Source: Geobacter sulfurreducens PCA
GTDB lineage: Bacteria; Desulfobacterota; Desulfuromonadia; Geobacterales; Geobacteraceae
DNA length: 32,000 bases
Reading direction: 5' to 3'
Assembly: GCF_000007985.2 (NCBI RefSeq)
Contig: NC_002939.5
Span: 840,001-872,000 of the forward strand
Below are positions 15,131-24,258 of this stretch, piece after piece; position 1 is the first letter of the stretch, and every line of letters begins with the position of its first letter. The position numbers and the translations under genes are program-made. The notes under the pieces were generated by a model. It was not told the DNA's origin, made no database searches, and saw only the letters and a program-made list of their open reading frames with translations.

Positions 15131-15739
15131 TCAGTGGATGGCGAGAAAGCTCTTGATGCCCGTGAAGACGATCTGGGCCGCCAGCGCGGCGAGCATGAGC
15201 CCGGTCAGCTTGCTCAGGATGGTGATTCCCCGCTTGCCGATCACGTGCTCGATGGAGGCGGCGGAGCCCAGCAGTGCCCCGATGCAGAGGACTGCCGCGG
15301 CCAGGGCCGCGCAGCCGATCACGGTCTGCCAGGCCCCCTGGAGTTCGGCCCCCATGACCAGGAGCGCACCGGTGGTGGCGGGGCCCACGGTGACGGGGAT
15401 CGCCAGCGGCACCACGGAGATGTCGCCCTGCCGGTCGCTGGGGGAGACGGCGGCATCACCCTGGACCATCTGCACCGCGGAGAGGAAGAGGAGGGCGCCG
15501 GCGCCGATCCGGAACGAGTCGATAGTGATGCCGAACAGGGAGAAGAGGTGGTTGCCGAAGAAGAAGAGGGTGAAGCAGGCGACCAGCACCGCCACGGTCA
15601 CCTTGAGGGCGAGCCGCCGTCGGTCCCGGGGTGCGATCTCCTGGGTCATGGAGAGGAAGACCGACATCACGAAGAACGGGGTCAGGAGAAAGAAGAACTT
15701 GAGCCAGATAGCGACGAAGAAGTTGGCGTAGATGCTCAT
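15131..15739 (-). CDS. MarC-family (UPF0056) integral membrane protein
   Basis: Six-TM profile, N-terminal FFFLLTPFFV, and the GDISVVPLAIPVTVGP motif characteristic of MarC/NAAT proteins. Confidence 0.85.
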   Translation of the reverse strand: MSIYANFFVAIWLKFFFLLTPFFVMSVFLSMTQEIAPRDRRRLALKVTVAVLVACFTLFFFGNHLFSLFGITIDSFRIGAGALLFLSAVQMVQGDAAVSPSDRQGDISVVPLAIPVTVGPATTGALLVMGAELQGAWQTVIGCAALAAAVLCIGALLGSAASIEHVIGKRGITILSKLTGLMLAALAAQIVFTGIKSFLAIH

Positions 15740-15740
15740 G

Positions 15741-16514
15741 TCACAGAATCCGGTTCAGGAACGACTGGATCCGCTCGTTGTTCATCCCTTCGGCAAAGAA
15801 TTCCTGGGGGGTCCCCTCGGCCAGGAAGTTCCCCTTTTCCATGAAGATCACCCGGTCGGCCAGTTCCCGGGCAAAGCCCATATGATGGGTGACGATGATC
15901 ATGGTCATCCCCTCGTCGGCCAGGGCGTGGATGGTGTCGAAGACCTCCCCGACCAGCTCCGGGTCCAGGGCCGAGGTGGGCTCGTCGAAGAGCATGAGCT
16001 TCGGCCGCATGGCAATGGCCCGGGCAATGGCCACCCGCTGCTTCTGGCCGCCGGAGAGGGTGGCGGGGTAGACGTCCTTCTTGTCGGTGAGCCCCACTTT
16101 GGCCAGCATGGCCAGGGCGATTTCCCGGGACTCGGCGGCGCTCTTCTTCTGCACGGTGAGGGGGCCTTCCATCACGTTGCCGAGGACCGTCATGTGGGGA
16201 AAGAGGTGGAAGTGCTGGAAGACCATCCCGATCTCGGCCCGCAGGGCGCAGATCACCGGTTGCTTGTCCAGATGGAGCTTGCCGTGGCGCCGGACGTAGC
16301 CAACCTCGTTTCCCTCGAAGCGGATGGTCCCCTCGTCGATCTCCTCCAGGAAGTTGATGGAGCGGAGCAGCGTCGACTTGCCCGACCCGGACGGGCCGAT
16401 GATCACGAGCTTTTCCCCCGGATGGACCGCCAGGTTGACGCCGTTCACCGCCGTGAGGCTCTTGAAGCGCTTGGTGATGTTCTCCAGTTGGATGAGGGGC
16501 TTAACGTCGCTCAT
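15741..16514 (-). CDS. Polar amino-acid ABC transporter ATP-binding protein (GlnQ/HisP-like)
   Basis: Walker A GPSGSGKST, Q-loop, signature LSGGQKQRVAIARA, Walker B LMLFDEPTSALD, H-loop VTHHM. Confidence 0.95.
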   Translation of the reverse strand: MSDVKPLIQLENITKRFKSLTAVNGVNLAVHPGEKLVIIGPSGSGKSTLLRSINFLEEIDEGTIRFEGNEVGYVRRHGKLHLDKQPVICALRAEIGMVFQHFHLFPHMTVLGNVMEGPLTVQKKSAAESREIALAMLAKVGLTDKKDVYPATLSGGQKQRVAIARAIAMRPKLMLFDEPTSALDPELVGEVFDTIHALADEGMTMIIVTHHMGFARELADRVIFMEKGNFLAEGTPQEFFAEGMNNERIQSFLNRIL

Positions 16515-17535
16515 AGATCCCTGCCCGGTGCTCGATCTTTTCGAAGAGGAAGGTGAAGAAGGTCGTGAAGATCAGGTAGATGACGGCGGCCAGGACGAGG
16601 GCCGTCACGTTGAAGTAGGTGTTGAACATCTGGTCCGCGGCCCGCATCAGCTCTACCATGGCAATGGTGGAAACCAGGGCCGTGTCCTTGATCAGGGCGA
16701 TGAACTCGTTGCCGATGGGGGGCATGAGCCGCTTGTAGGTCTGGGGGATGACGACCCGGCGCATGGTTTGGCCATAGGTCATGCCCAGGGCCTTGGCTGC
16801 CTCGGTCTGGCCGTGGTCGATGCTCTGAATGGCTCCCCGGATGATCTCGCCAAGGTAGGCCGAGTAGTTGAGCCCCAGGCCGATGACCGCGGCGGTGATG
16901 GGTTTGAGGGTGATGCCGAGGGAGGGGAGGCCGTAGTAGATGAAGAAGAGCTGAAGCAGGAGGGGGGTGCCCCGGAAGAGCCAGATGACGAACCAGCAGA
17001 GGGCCGACAGGGGCCTGAAGGTGCTGATCCGCCCCAAGGCGATGAGGAGCCCGCCGATGGGAGAGATGAACATGGTGCAGAGCACCAGCAGGAGCGTCAT
17101 CACCGCACCCTTGAGAAGCACCGGCAGGAACTTCAGGCAGTCCTGAAGGAACGTGACGTAGCCGGGCTTCTTCTCCCGCTCCACCGAGGCCGTGAAGTTT
17201 TTCGCCTCACTGTTGTCGGGGTAGAGGGAAAGCACCTCCCGGGCCGCGGCCAGGGCCTCGTCCATCTCCTTGGCCGCGAAGTGGAGCTTGGCGATCTGCA
17301 TCCGACTCCGGACAAAGGCATCACCTTCTTCGCCCGCCCGGGGCGCCGGGACCTTTTTCAGTACCTCCATGGCGGCGGGGAGATCTCCTGCCCCCATGAG
17401 GTCATTGGCCTCGCGGAAGAGGGCGTCGTAATCGGCTTCGGACGCCAACGCCGTTGCAGTGGTGATCCACAAAAAAAGCAGGGCCGTAGCGACCCTGCCG
17501 AGAGTGTATGGTTTAAGGTTCATAGAAAAGCTCAT
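16501..17535 (-). CDS. Polar amino-acid ABC permease (His/Glu/Gln/Arg family) with ~130-aa N-terminal TPR-like extension
   Basis: The core carries the EAA-loop region TEAAKALGMTYGQTMRRVVIPQ. The N-terminus has a signal/anchor helix and then helical repeats. The start is uncertain: TTG 17559, ATG 17535 or ATG 17523. Confidence 0.88.
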   Translation of the reverse strand: MSFSMNLKPYTLGRVATALLFLWITTATALASEADYDALFREANDLMGAGDLPAAMEVLKKVPAPRAGEEGDAFVRSRMQIAKLHFAAKEMDEALAAAREVLSLYPDNSEAKNFTASVEREKKPGYVTFLQDCLKFLPVLLKGAVMTLLLVLCTMFISPIGGLLIALGRISTFRPLSALCWFVIWLFRGTPLLLQLFFIYYGLPSLGITLKPITAAVIGLGLNYSAYLGEIIRGAIQSIDHGQTEAAKALGMTYGQTMRRVVIPQTYKRLMPPIGNEFIALIKDTALVSTIAMVELMRAADQMFNTYFNVTALVLAAVIYLIFTTFFTFLFEKIEHRAGIYERR

Positions 17536-17659
17536 TTGAGAAGCGTGGATCTTTCGCAAAGGTCAAGGCGGGCAAGGATTTGAGCGGAGGCGTACTTCTG
17601 TACGCCGCACAATCAAATCCGAAGCCCAATGCCGAGATTGCGGAAAAGCTGCGCTTTGC

Positions 17660-18451
17660 TTACCACTTCTTGGGGTTGGTGATGTCTTCTGCAAACCACT
17701 TGCGGGAGATCTTCGCCAGGGAGCCGTCCTTCACCATCTTGTCCAGGGTCTTCTGCACCTTCTCACGCAGTTCCTTGTCTTCCTTGCGGAAGGCGACGCC
17801 GAAGGGCTCCTTGCTGATGAAGCCGGGGACCACCTTGAACTGGCCCGGACGCTTGGCGATGAAGTCGCGGCCGGTCACGTTGTCGATCACCACCACGTCG
17901 ATGCGGCCCGCTTCAAGATCCAGCAGCGCCTTGGGGTTGTCCTCGTACTCCTTGAGCTCGGCCGGAGCGGTGGGGAGCTTCTTCACGGCGTTGAGGGCCG
18001 AGGAGCCCTTCTGGGCGCCTATTTTCACGTTCTTCAGGTCGGCGATCTTCTTGAAGCGCTTCTCGGAGAACTTCACCACGGCGATCTGGCCGTCCATGAT
18101 GTAGGGCTTGGTGAAGGCTACCTGCTTGGCCCGCTCATCGGTGATAGTCATGCCGTTCCAGATGGCATCGAATTTTTTGGAGTTGAGGGAGTGGATGACC
18201 CCGTCCCAGGCGGTGGGCTGCCACTCGATCTTGATGCCCAGGCGCTTGCCCACTTCTTCGGCGGCGTCGATGTCGAAGCCGATCAGCTTGCCGCTGGCAT
18301 CGCGGTATCCCATGGGGGGGAAGGCGTCATCGAGGCCGATGACAAGTTTCCCGGCGGATTTGACCCGGTTCCAGGAACCGTCGGCCGCGAAGGCGGTTGC
18401 GGCAAAAGCAACGAGCAGGGCAGAGACCATCAGCAATACGAGTTTTTTCAC
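17660..18451 (-). CDS. Amino-acid ABC transporter periplasmic substrate-binding protein (family 3)
   Basis: Signal peptide KKLVLLMVSALLVAFAATAFA, then GKLVIGLDDAFPPMGY and WDGVIHSLNSKKFDAIWNGMTIT. AAGGAG precedes the GTG at 18451; the track start GTG at 18460 is too close to the Shine-Dalgarno. Confidence 0.9.
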   Translation of the reverse strand: MKKLVLLMVSALLVAFAATAFAADGSWNRVKSAGKLVIGLDDAFPPMGYRDASGKLIGFDIDAAEEVGKRLGIKIEWQPTAWDGVIHSLNSKKFDAIWNGMTITDERAKQVAFTKPYIMDGQIAVVKFSEKRFKKIADLKNVKIGAQKGSSALNAVKKLPTAPAELKEYEDNPKALLDLEAGRIDVVVIDNVTGRDFIAKRPGQFKVVPGFISKEPFGVAFRKEDKELREKVQKTLDKMVKDGSLAKISRKWFAEDITNPKKW

Positions 18452-18517
18452 GTTCGGCACCTCTCCTTAAAATGAATTTAACTGCATGGAACAACAATTT
18501 GCCAACACCGAACGCGA

Positions 18518-18546
18518 ATTATTGCAGAAAGGTGACAGTGCGTCAA
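18518..18546 (-). promoter_or_regulatory. Predicted sigma70 promoter for the ABC operon
   Basis: Minus strand reads TTGACG-17 nt-AATAAT with TGC just upstream of the -10. It lies ~65 nt upstream of the SBP start. Confidence 0.5.
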
Positions 18547-18645
18547 GTAATGAGAAGCCTGCCGATGCATCGTGGAAATCGGGCCGGCTCGTCCCGGTGC
18601 AACTGCCCCGTTGCGGCGGGAAGCCCCATTCTTCTTTGCCCCTGC

Positions 18646-20085
18646 TCAAAAACGATAGGTCGCCCAGGTGCCGACGTAATCCACATCCTTTCCCGGTCCG
18701 CTCTCCCGGATGAACGGACCGGCAAAGAAGCGGGAGTAGTTGGCCGTCAGCAGCAGGTGCCGGTCGACCTGCCAGTCGACTTGGCATTGGAGCTGGCTCC
18801 CCACGGAGCGCGAACCGCCGGTGGTGCCGGAGCGGACAACGCTCAGGCTGTTGGCGTAGATGCCGTCATGCCTGCTGTGGCGCCAGATGACGTCCCAGTC
18901 GAGCCGCATCGACAGGTTTCGGGCCGGCTTCACCGTAATCTCGGGGTGGAGATTCATCAGGTTGGCGGGTCCCATGAGTCCGGCCTCGCTGAAATAGTTG
19001 CCCTTGGGATAGAACGGGTTGAACGTGCCGAGAGTGCGGTCCGTGGGGTCGCTGTCGCCGCTGGCGATGTTCGCCCTGAGGCCGAGCCTCGGCTGCCACG
19101 GCGCGTTCCTCAGGGTGTAGCCGGTGTCCGATGCCGCGGTCCATGCCCGGATGCGGCCGTTGCCGAAACTGCCCCACTGGAAGACGAATTCGGCATTGTA
19201 GTCCCACGCCCCGGCCGCGCCCCAGATCCGCGTGCCGCCGGCATGGCGCGTTTCGCGGGCGCGGCCCTGGTCGAAGCGTGCGCCCCTGCGGTACAGCCCC
19301 AGGTAGTAAAGGTCGATGGAGCCGCCGGGTAGCACGGGCAGCGGGGCTACGCCATAGGCTCCCCAGAATGCCTGGGCATCGTCGCTCCGGTTGTCGAATA
19401 CATGGGGCTTTGTTTCCACCGGCCGGGTGGCGAACGCATCAAGCCTCATGCCGGCCACCCGGCCGATGATTCGGACCCCGTCGAAGCTGCGGCGGTTGTT
19501 GGGGCTTTCGCGCACCGATACGAGGCGTGACGAGCCGAAGGTCAGCTCCTGCCGCCCCACCCGGACCGTGAGGGGGCGGGTGTCTCCCACTGCCGGTGTT
19601 GCGTCGACGAAAAGCTGGTGGAGGTCGAGCTGGTCCTCGTCGGTGGGGCGCGGTCCGCCGCTCCGCCCTTCCTCGAGACTGCTCTGGAGTTGGGCGAACA
19701 GCCGCGCCGCATCGGTCAGCCGAAGGTCGGCATGGACCAGGTAGCGCTGGAGCAGGTAGCCGTCATTGTCCTGGGGGCCGCGCCCCCAGTTGGCATTGTT
19801 GAAGTACTCGTACCTGAGCCGGGCATCGCCCCCAAGGGAGAGGTACGCGTCGCCCGATGACGTCAGTGGCAGGTACTTGACCGGGTCCCAGAGGTCGTCG
19901 CGGCGGGAGGGGGCGCGCAGATACGACCAGTCCTCGTCGAACCGGCACAGCTGATACCGCCGTCCTTTCCCGTCACCGCCATTCTCTCCTGCCGCCGCGG
20001 CCGCGGCAACCGGCGCCATTGCCAAGGCGAGCGCCGCGGCATGGAACATCAGGGTACGACCGGATCTCGGCATCTTCACGCTCAC
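18646..20085 (-). CDS. Outer-membrane porin, alginate-export (AlgE-like) family
   Basis: Signal peptide MFHAAALALAMAPVAAAAAAG, SLGGDARLRYEYFNNANWG and LLQRYLVHADL motifs, and C-terminal TWATYRF. The likely start is the GTG at 20085 (GAGGAGG 11 nt upstream) or the ATG at 20073. The track N-terminal extension to 20304 is Arg/Pro-rich and implausible. Confidence 0.75.
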   Translation of the reverse strand: MSVKMPRSGRTLMFHAAALALAMAPVAAAAAAGENGGDGKGRRYQLCRFDEDWSYLRAPSRRDDLWDPVKYLPLTSSGDAYLSLGGDARLRYEYFNNANWGRGPQDNDGYLLQRYLVHADLRLTDAARLFAQLQSSLEEGRSGGPRPTDEDQLDLHQLFVDATPAVGDTRPLTVRVGRQELTFGSSRLVSVRESPNNRRSFDGVRIIGRVAGMRLDAFATRPVETKPHVFDNRSDDAQAFWGAYGVAPLPVLPGGSIDLYYLGLYRRGARFDQGRARETRHAGGTRIWGAAGAWDYNAEFVFQWGSFGNGRIRAWTAASDTGYTLRNAPWQPRLGLRANIASGDSDPTDRTLGTFNPFYPKGNYFSEAGLMGPANLMNLHPEITVKPARNLSMRLDWDVIWRHSRHDGIYANSLSVVRSGTTGGSRSVGSQLQCQVDWQVDRHLLLTANYSRFFAGPFIRESGPGKDVDYVGTWATYRF

Positions 20086-20351
20086 TGCTCCGTCAGCCTC
20101 CTCTGTAGTCCCCGGCCGAATGATCCGCTTCGCGGGCGCGCACCCGGGCGCGGCACGAAGGCGCACAGCCGTTGCGACGAGATGGGATATCGGAATGTTC
20201 GATCTGGGTGGGCGAGGCCGGGGTGTGGCACACGCCATGTCGGAAGGTGGAATGCGGGCGCTCCGAGAGGTGCCTGCTTCCCGGTCCTCTGGTTTAAGCG
20301 ACAATGCAATGATCTTGCCGGTGGGAGTGTCGGATGGAGCCGCCAGGGGGG

Positions 20352-20394
20352 GCCGGCGGTCCCGGCGCCGCTGGGGCTGTCCGCGACCGCCGGC
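20352..20394. other. 10-bp perfect GC stem with 23-nt loop directly downstream of the SDR gene
   Basis: GCCGGCGGTC ... GACCGCCGGC. No U-tract, so it is a possible non-canonical terminator or RNA-stability element. Confidence 0.45.
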
Positions 20395-20400
20395 TGTCTG

Positions 20401-21117
20401 CTAGACCAGCCGGTGTCCTCCGTCCACGTACACCACTGATCCGGTGACATAACCGTTCTTCATAAGCGAGATCACTGCAGCGGCCACGTCTTCGGGCCTG
20501 CCGATCCGCCGGGCCGGGAGCCGGGCGGCGAGGGCATCGAACATTCTCTTCCGTTCGGCGGGGCTCATGCCGGCATAGGCGGGAGTATCCACGATCCCCG
20601 GCGAGACGGCGTTCACCCGCAGGGGCGCCAGTTCCACGGCCAGGCTCCGGCAGAGGGCCTCCACGGCGCCGTTCACTGCGGCGTACGCCGAAAGGCCGTC
20701 CACGGGCTTGGCCGCGGCCACGCCGGAAAAGAAGGTGATCGAGCCCCCCTCCCTGATCCGCTGGGCCCCGTAGCGGGCCGCAAAGTACTGACCCCAGAAC
20801 TTGCTGTCGAAGATCTGGCGGAACGACGGGGTTTCCAGCTCCAGGAACGATCCCGCCACGCCGGTGGCCGCGGTTACGACCAAGTGGTCCAGTTCGCCGG
20901 TTTCGACGAAAAACGCCTGCACGGCCTGTTCCTGCGTCACGTCAAGGGAGCGGGTCTCAACCGGCTGGCGAATCTCGTCCGCGGCCTGCCGGAGCTTCTC
21001 CTCCGACCGGCCGGCAATCACCACCCGGGCCCCCTCGTCCGCGGCCATCTTCGCCACGGCGAGCCCCATGCCGGAACTGCCGCCGATCACTACTACCTTT
21101 GCATCGTTGAGCGACAT
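20401..21117 (-). CDS. Short-chain dehydrogenase/reductase (SDR) family oxidoreductase
   Basis: VVIGGSSGMGLAVA (TGxxxGxG-type NAD(P) motif), catalytic YAAVNGA (YxxxN variant of YxxxK), and PGIVDTP. Confidence 0.88.
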   Translation of the reverse strand: MSLNDAKVVVIGGSSGMGLAVAKMAADEGARVVIAGRSEEKLRQAADEIRQPVETRSLDVTQEQAVQAFFVETGELDHLVVTAATGVAGSFLELETPSFRQIFDSKFWGQYFAARYGAQRIREGGSITFFSGVAAAKPVDGLSAYAAVNGAVEALCRSLAVELAPLRVNAVSPGIVDTPAYAGMSPAERKRMFDALAARLPARRIGRPEDVAAAVISLMKNGYVTGSVVYVDGGHRLV

Positions 21118-21119
21118 GT

Positions 21120-23537
21120 CTAACTCCTCTTGTTCCCCTGCTGCGCCAGCTGCTCCTCCATTTCCAGGACCCTCATCGTGATCTTGAGGATCGAATCGGG
21201 GTTGAGCGAAATGGAGTCGATTCCCTGCTCCACGAGAAAGGCCGCGAACTCGGGGTAGTCACTGGGGGCCTGGCCGCAGATGCCGCTGTGGCGTCCGTTG
21301 CGGCGCGCCCCCTCCACGACCCGGCCGATGAGTTCCATGACCCCCGGGTCCCGCTCGTCAAAGACGTGGGCCACCAGGGCCGAGTCCCGGTCCACGCCGA
21401 GGGTGAGCTGGGTCAGGTCGTTGGAGCCGATGGAAAAACCGTCGAAAAGCCGCGAGAACTCGTCGATCATGATGACGTTGTTGGGGATCTCGCACATGAC
21501 GTAGACTTCCAGGCCGTTTTCGCCCCGGACGAGGCCGTTTGCCGCCATTTCGGCCAGTACCTTCTCCGCCTCCACGATGCGTCGGCAGAAGGGGATCATG
21601 GGGATTACGTTCACGAGTCCCATCTCGTCCCGGACCCGCTTCAGGGCCCGGCACTCCAGGGCGAATCCTTCCCGGTAGCGCTCGTCGTAGTAGCGCGACG
21701 CCCCCCGGAAGCCGATCATGGGGTTCTCCTCGTCGGGCTCGAAGGCCCGGCCCCCCAGGAGCGAGGCGTACTCGTTGGTCTTGAAGTCGCTCATGCGGAC
21801 AATGACCGGTTTGGGATGGAAGGCGGCGGCAATGGTGCCGATCCCCTCGGCAAGCTTTTCCACAAAGTAGGCGGGCGGGTCGGCATAGCCGGCGGTGAGG
21901 CGCGCGATCTCGCGCCGCGATGCCTCGTCCTCCACCCGGAGGGGGTGAACCAGGGCCATGGGATGGATCTTGATGTGGTTGGTGATGATGAACTCCATCC
22001 GGGCGAGCCCCACCCCGTCGTTGGGAATCCGGCAGAGGGAGAAGGCTTCCTCCGGATTGCCCAGGTTCATCATGATCCTGGTGTGGGGGCGCCGCATGCC
22101 GGCCAGGTCAACCCGCTCCACCCGGAAGGGGAGTTCGCCGCTGTAGATTCTGCCGACTTCCCCTTCGGCGCAGCTCACCGTTATCTCCCGGTTGCTGGCG
22201 ATCCGCTCGGTCCCGTCGCCGGTGCCGACCACCGACGGGATGCCCAGCTCGCGACTGACGATGGCGGCGTGGCAGGTGCGCCCCCCCTTGTTGGTGACGA
22301 TGGCCGCGGCGGTCTTCATGACCGGCTCCCAGTCGGGGGTGGTGGTATCGGCCACCAGGACCTCGCCGGGGCTGAAGTCGCCCAGCTTGTGGATGTCGGT
22401 GATGACCCGGGCCGGGCCGGCGGCGATCTTTCCGCCCACGCTGGTACCGGTGGCCAGCACCTCTCCCTTCTGCTCCAGGATGTAGGTCTCCAGGAAGTCG
22501 AGCCGCTTGCGGGATTCCACCGTCTCGGGCCGGGCCTGGACGATGAAGAGCCGGCCCGACTCCCCGTCCTTGGCCCATTCGATGTCCATGGGCATCTCGC
22601 GGCCGGCCCGCTTCTCATAGTGCGACTCGATCATGAGGGCCTGGCGGGCCAACTCCAGCACCTCGTCGTCGCTGAGGCAGAAGCGGCGCCGCTCCTCCCG
22701 GGGCACCTCCACGTTCTTGGTCAGGTGCTTGGAGGTGCCGGTGCCGTAGATCATCCGGATTTTCTTCTCCCCCAGCCGCCGCCGGACGATGGGGCGGAAT
22801 CCCTGCCGGAGCGCGGGCTTGAAAACCGTGAACTCGTCCGGGTTCACGGCCCCCTGGACCACGTTCTCGCCCAGCCCCCAGGCGCCGGTGATCAAAACCG
22901 TGTCCCGGAAGCCGGTCTCGGTGTCTAGGGTGAAGATGACCCCGCTGGAGGCGAGATCCGACCGGACCATCTTCATGACGCCCACGGAGAGCCCCACCTT
23001 GAAGTGGTCGAACCCCTGGTCGATGCGGTATGAAATGGCACGGTCGGTGAAGAGGGAGGCGAAGCAGCGGCGGCAGGCGTCCAGGAGCTGCGCCTCGCCC
23101 CGGACGTTCAGGTAGGTCTCCTGCTGCCCCGCGAAGGAGGCGGTGGGGAGATCTTCTGCCGTGGCCGAGCTGCGGACCGCCACGTCGCAGTTATCGCCAT
23201 ACTCGGCGCAGAGCCCCCGGTAGGCCTCCCTGATCTCTTCCGCCAATTCCCCCGGGAGGGGGGCGCCGTACACCAGCTCCCGCAGCCGGCGCCCCCGGAG
23301 CGCCAAGTCATCCACGTCCTCCTTGACCAGTTCCGCCAGGGCCTGTTTCATTTCTTCCAGGATACCCGCCGACCGGATCAGGTGCCAGTAGGCCTCCGCC
23401 GTGATTGCGAAGCCGTTGGGAATCCGCACCCCCAGAGGCCTGAGCTCCCCGAACATTTCGCCGAGGGAGGCGTTCTTGCCCCCGACCAGGGGGACGTCAT
23501 CAATGGTTATTTCCGAGAACCAGCGAATCCAGGACAT
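21120..23537 (-). CDS. ppsA: Phosphoenolpyruvate synthase (pyruvate, water dikinase)
   Basis: N-terminal VGGKNASLGEM, phospho-His swivel motif GGRTCHAAIVSRELGIP, and C-terminal PEP-utilising TIM barrel (FSIGSNDLTQ, CGQAPSD). 805 aa. Confidence 0.97.
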   Translation of the reverse strand: MSWIRWFSEITIDDVPLVGGKNASLGEMFGELRPLGVRIPNGFAITAEAYWHLIRSAGILEEMKQALAELVKEDVDDLALRGRRLRELVYGAPLPGELAEEIREAYRGLCAEYGDNCDVAVRSSATAEDLPTASFAGQQETYLNVRGEAQLLDACRRCFASLFTDRAISYRIDQGFDHFKVGLSVGVMKMVRSDLASSGVIFTLDTETGFRDTVLITGAWGLGENVVQGAVNPDEFTVFKPALRQGFRPIVRRRLGEKKIRMIYGTGTSKHLTKNVEVPREERRRFCLSDDEVLELARQALMIESHYEKRAGREMPMDIEWAKDGESGRLFIVQARPETVESRKRLDFLETYILEQKGEVLATGTSVGGKIAAGPARVITDIHKLGDFSPGEVLVADTTTPDWEPVMKTAAAIVTNKGGRTCHAAIVSRELGIPSVVGTGDGTERIASNREITVSCAEGEVGRIYSGELPFRVERVDLAGMRRPHTRIMMNLGNPEEAFSLCRIPNDGVGLARMEFIITNHIKIHPMALVHPLRVEDEASRREIARLTAGYADPPAYFVEKLAEGIGTIAAAFHPKPVIVRMSDFKTNEYASLLGGRAFEPDEENPMIGFRGASRYYDERYREGFALECRALKRVRDEMGLVNVIPMIPFCRRIVEAEKVLAEMAANGLVRGENGLEVYVMCEIPNNVIMIDEFSRLFDGFSIGSNDLTQLTLGVDRDSALVAHVFDERDPGVMELIGRVVEGARRNGRHSGICGQAPSDYPEFAAFLVEQGIDSISLNPDSILKITMRVLEMEEQLAQQGNKRS

Positions 23538-23558
23538 GGAAGAACCTCCCTGTGCTTC

Positions 23559-24170
23559 CTATCCGTTCAGTTTGGCGGCGATCTGCGCCACATACCTGCC
23601 CTGGAAGCGGGCCCCGGCCAGATCGTTCTCGCTCGGCAGCCGTTCCCCCTGGCCGCCGGCGATGGTGGAGGCGCCGTAGGGGGAGCCGCCGGTGATTTCG
23701 TCGATCCGCGTCTGGCCGGCAAAGGCATAGGGAAGGCCCACGATGACCATCCCCTGATGGAGGAGGAAGGTGTGGAAGGTGAGGATTGTGGATTCCTGGC
23801 CCCCGTGCTGGGTGGCGGAACTGGTAAAGACGCCGGCGGCCTTGCCCACGAGGGAGCCTTTCACCCAGAGCCCGCCGGTGGCATCCAGAAACTGGCGCAT
23901 CTGGCCGCACATGTTGCCGAAGCGGGTGGGCGTGCCGAAGATGATGGCGTCTGCCGAGGCAAGCTCGTCCACCGTGGCCACCGGAATGTGGGCAAAGGCC
24001 TTCTGGGGCTCGACGGCGCCCATCTTTTCGAGCACGTCGGGCGACAGCGTTTCTGGCACGCGGCGGAGCACCGCCTCGGCGCCGGGCACCTCGCGGACCC
24101 CCTCGGCCACGGCTTCGGCCATACGATGGATGTGGCCGTACATGGAATAGTAGACAATGAGTACGTTCAT
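23559..24170 (-). CDS. wrbA: NAD(P)H:quinone oxidoreductase, WrbA type (flavodoxin-like)
   Basis: [57 protein letters not shown] Shine-Dalgarno upstream of the ATG at 24170; the track ORF is extended to 24338. Confidence 0.93.
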   Translation of the reverse strand: MNVLIVYYSMYGHIHRMAEAVAEGVREVPGAEAVLRRVPETLSPDVLEKMGAVEPQKAFAHIPVATVDELASADAIIFGTPTRFGNMCGQMRQFLDATGGLWVKGSLVGKAAGVFTSSATQHGGQESTILTFHTFLLHQGMVIVGLPYAFAGQTRIDEITGGSPYGASTIAGGQGERLPSENDLAGARFQGRYVAQIAAKLNG

Positions 24171-24258
24171 GACAAAGCTCCTCCTGACGGCAGTGGTGAC
24201 CAGCAGGAAAAAGCGTATCGCAATCCGGCGGGGATGCAACGAAGCGGCGGGGAGAGGG

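Noticed and set aside
17589-17606. 7-bp hairpin GGCGTAC-ttct-GTACGCC between the binding-protein and permease genes.
   Set aside because: It is short and has no U-tract. It is probably a minor intra-operon mRNA element and not distinctive enough to report as a finding.
20086-20304. N-terminal extension of the porin ORF to 20304. The same applies to the extensions of the wrbA (24171-24338), fxsA (24652-24822) and citX (26067-26249) track ORFs.
   Set aside because: The extensions are Arg/Pro/Ser-rich and precede obvious native N-termini: signal peptides or conserved family starts with good Shine-Dalgarno sequences. The citX extension also overlaps a predicted promoter.
20086-20400. GEMM-I (cyclic dinucleotide) riboswitch in the porin leader.
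   Set aside because: I could not find the conserved GCAAAC / ACGCAAAGC-type cores or the tetraloop-receptor layout by eye. It is kept only as a generic structured-leader candidate pending a covariance-model scan.
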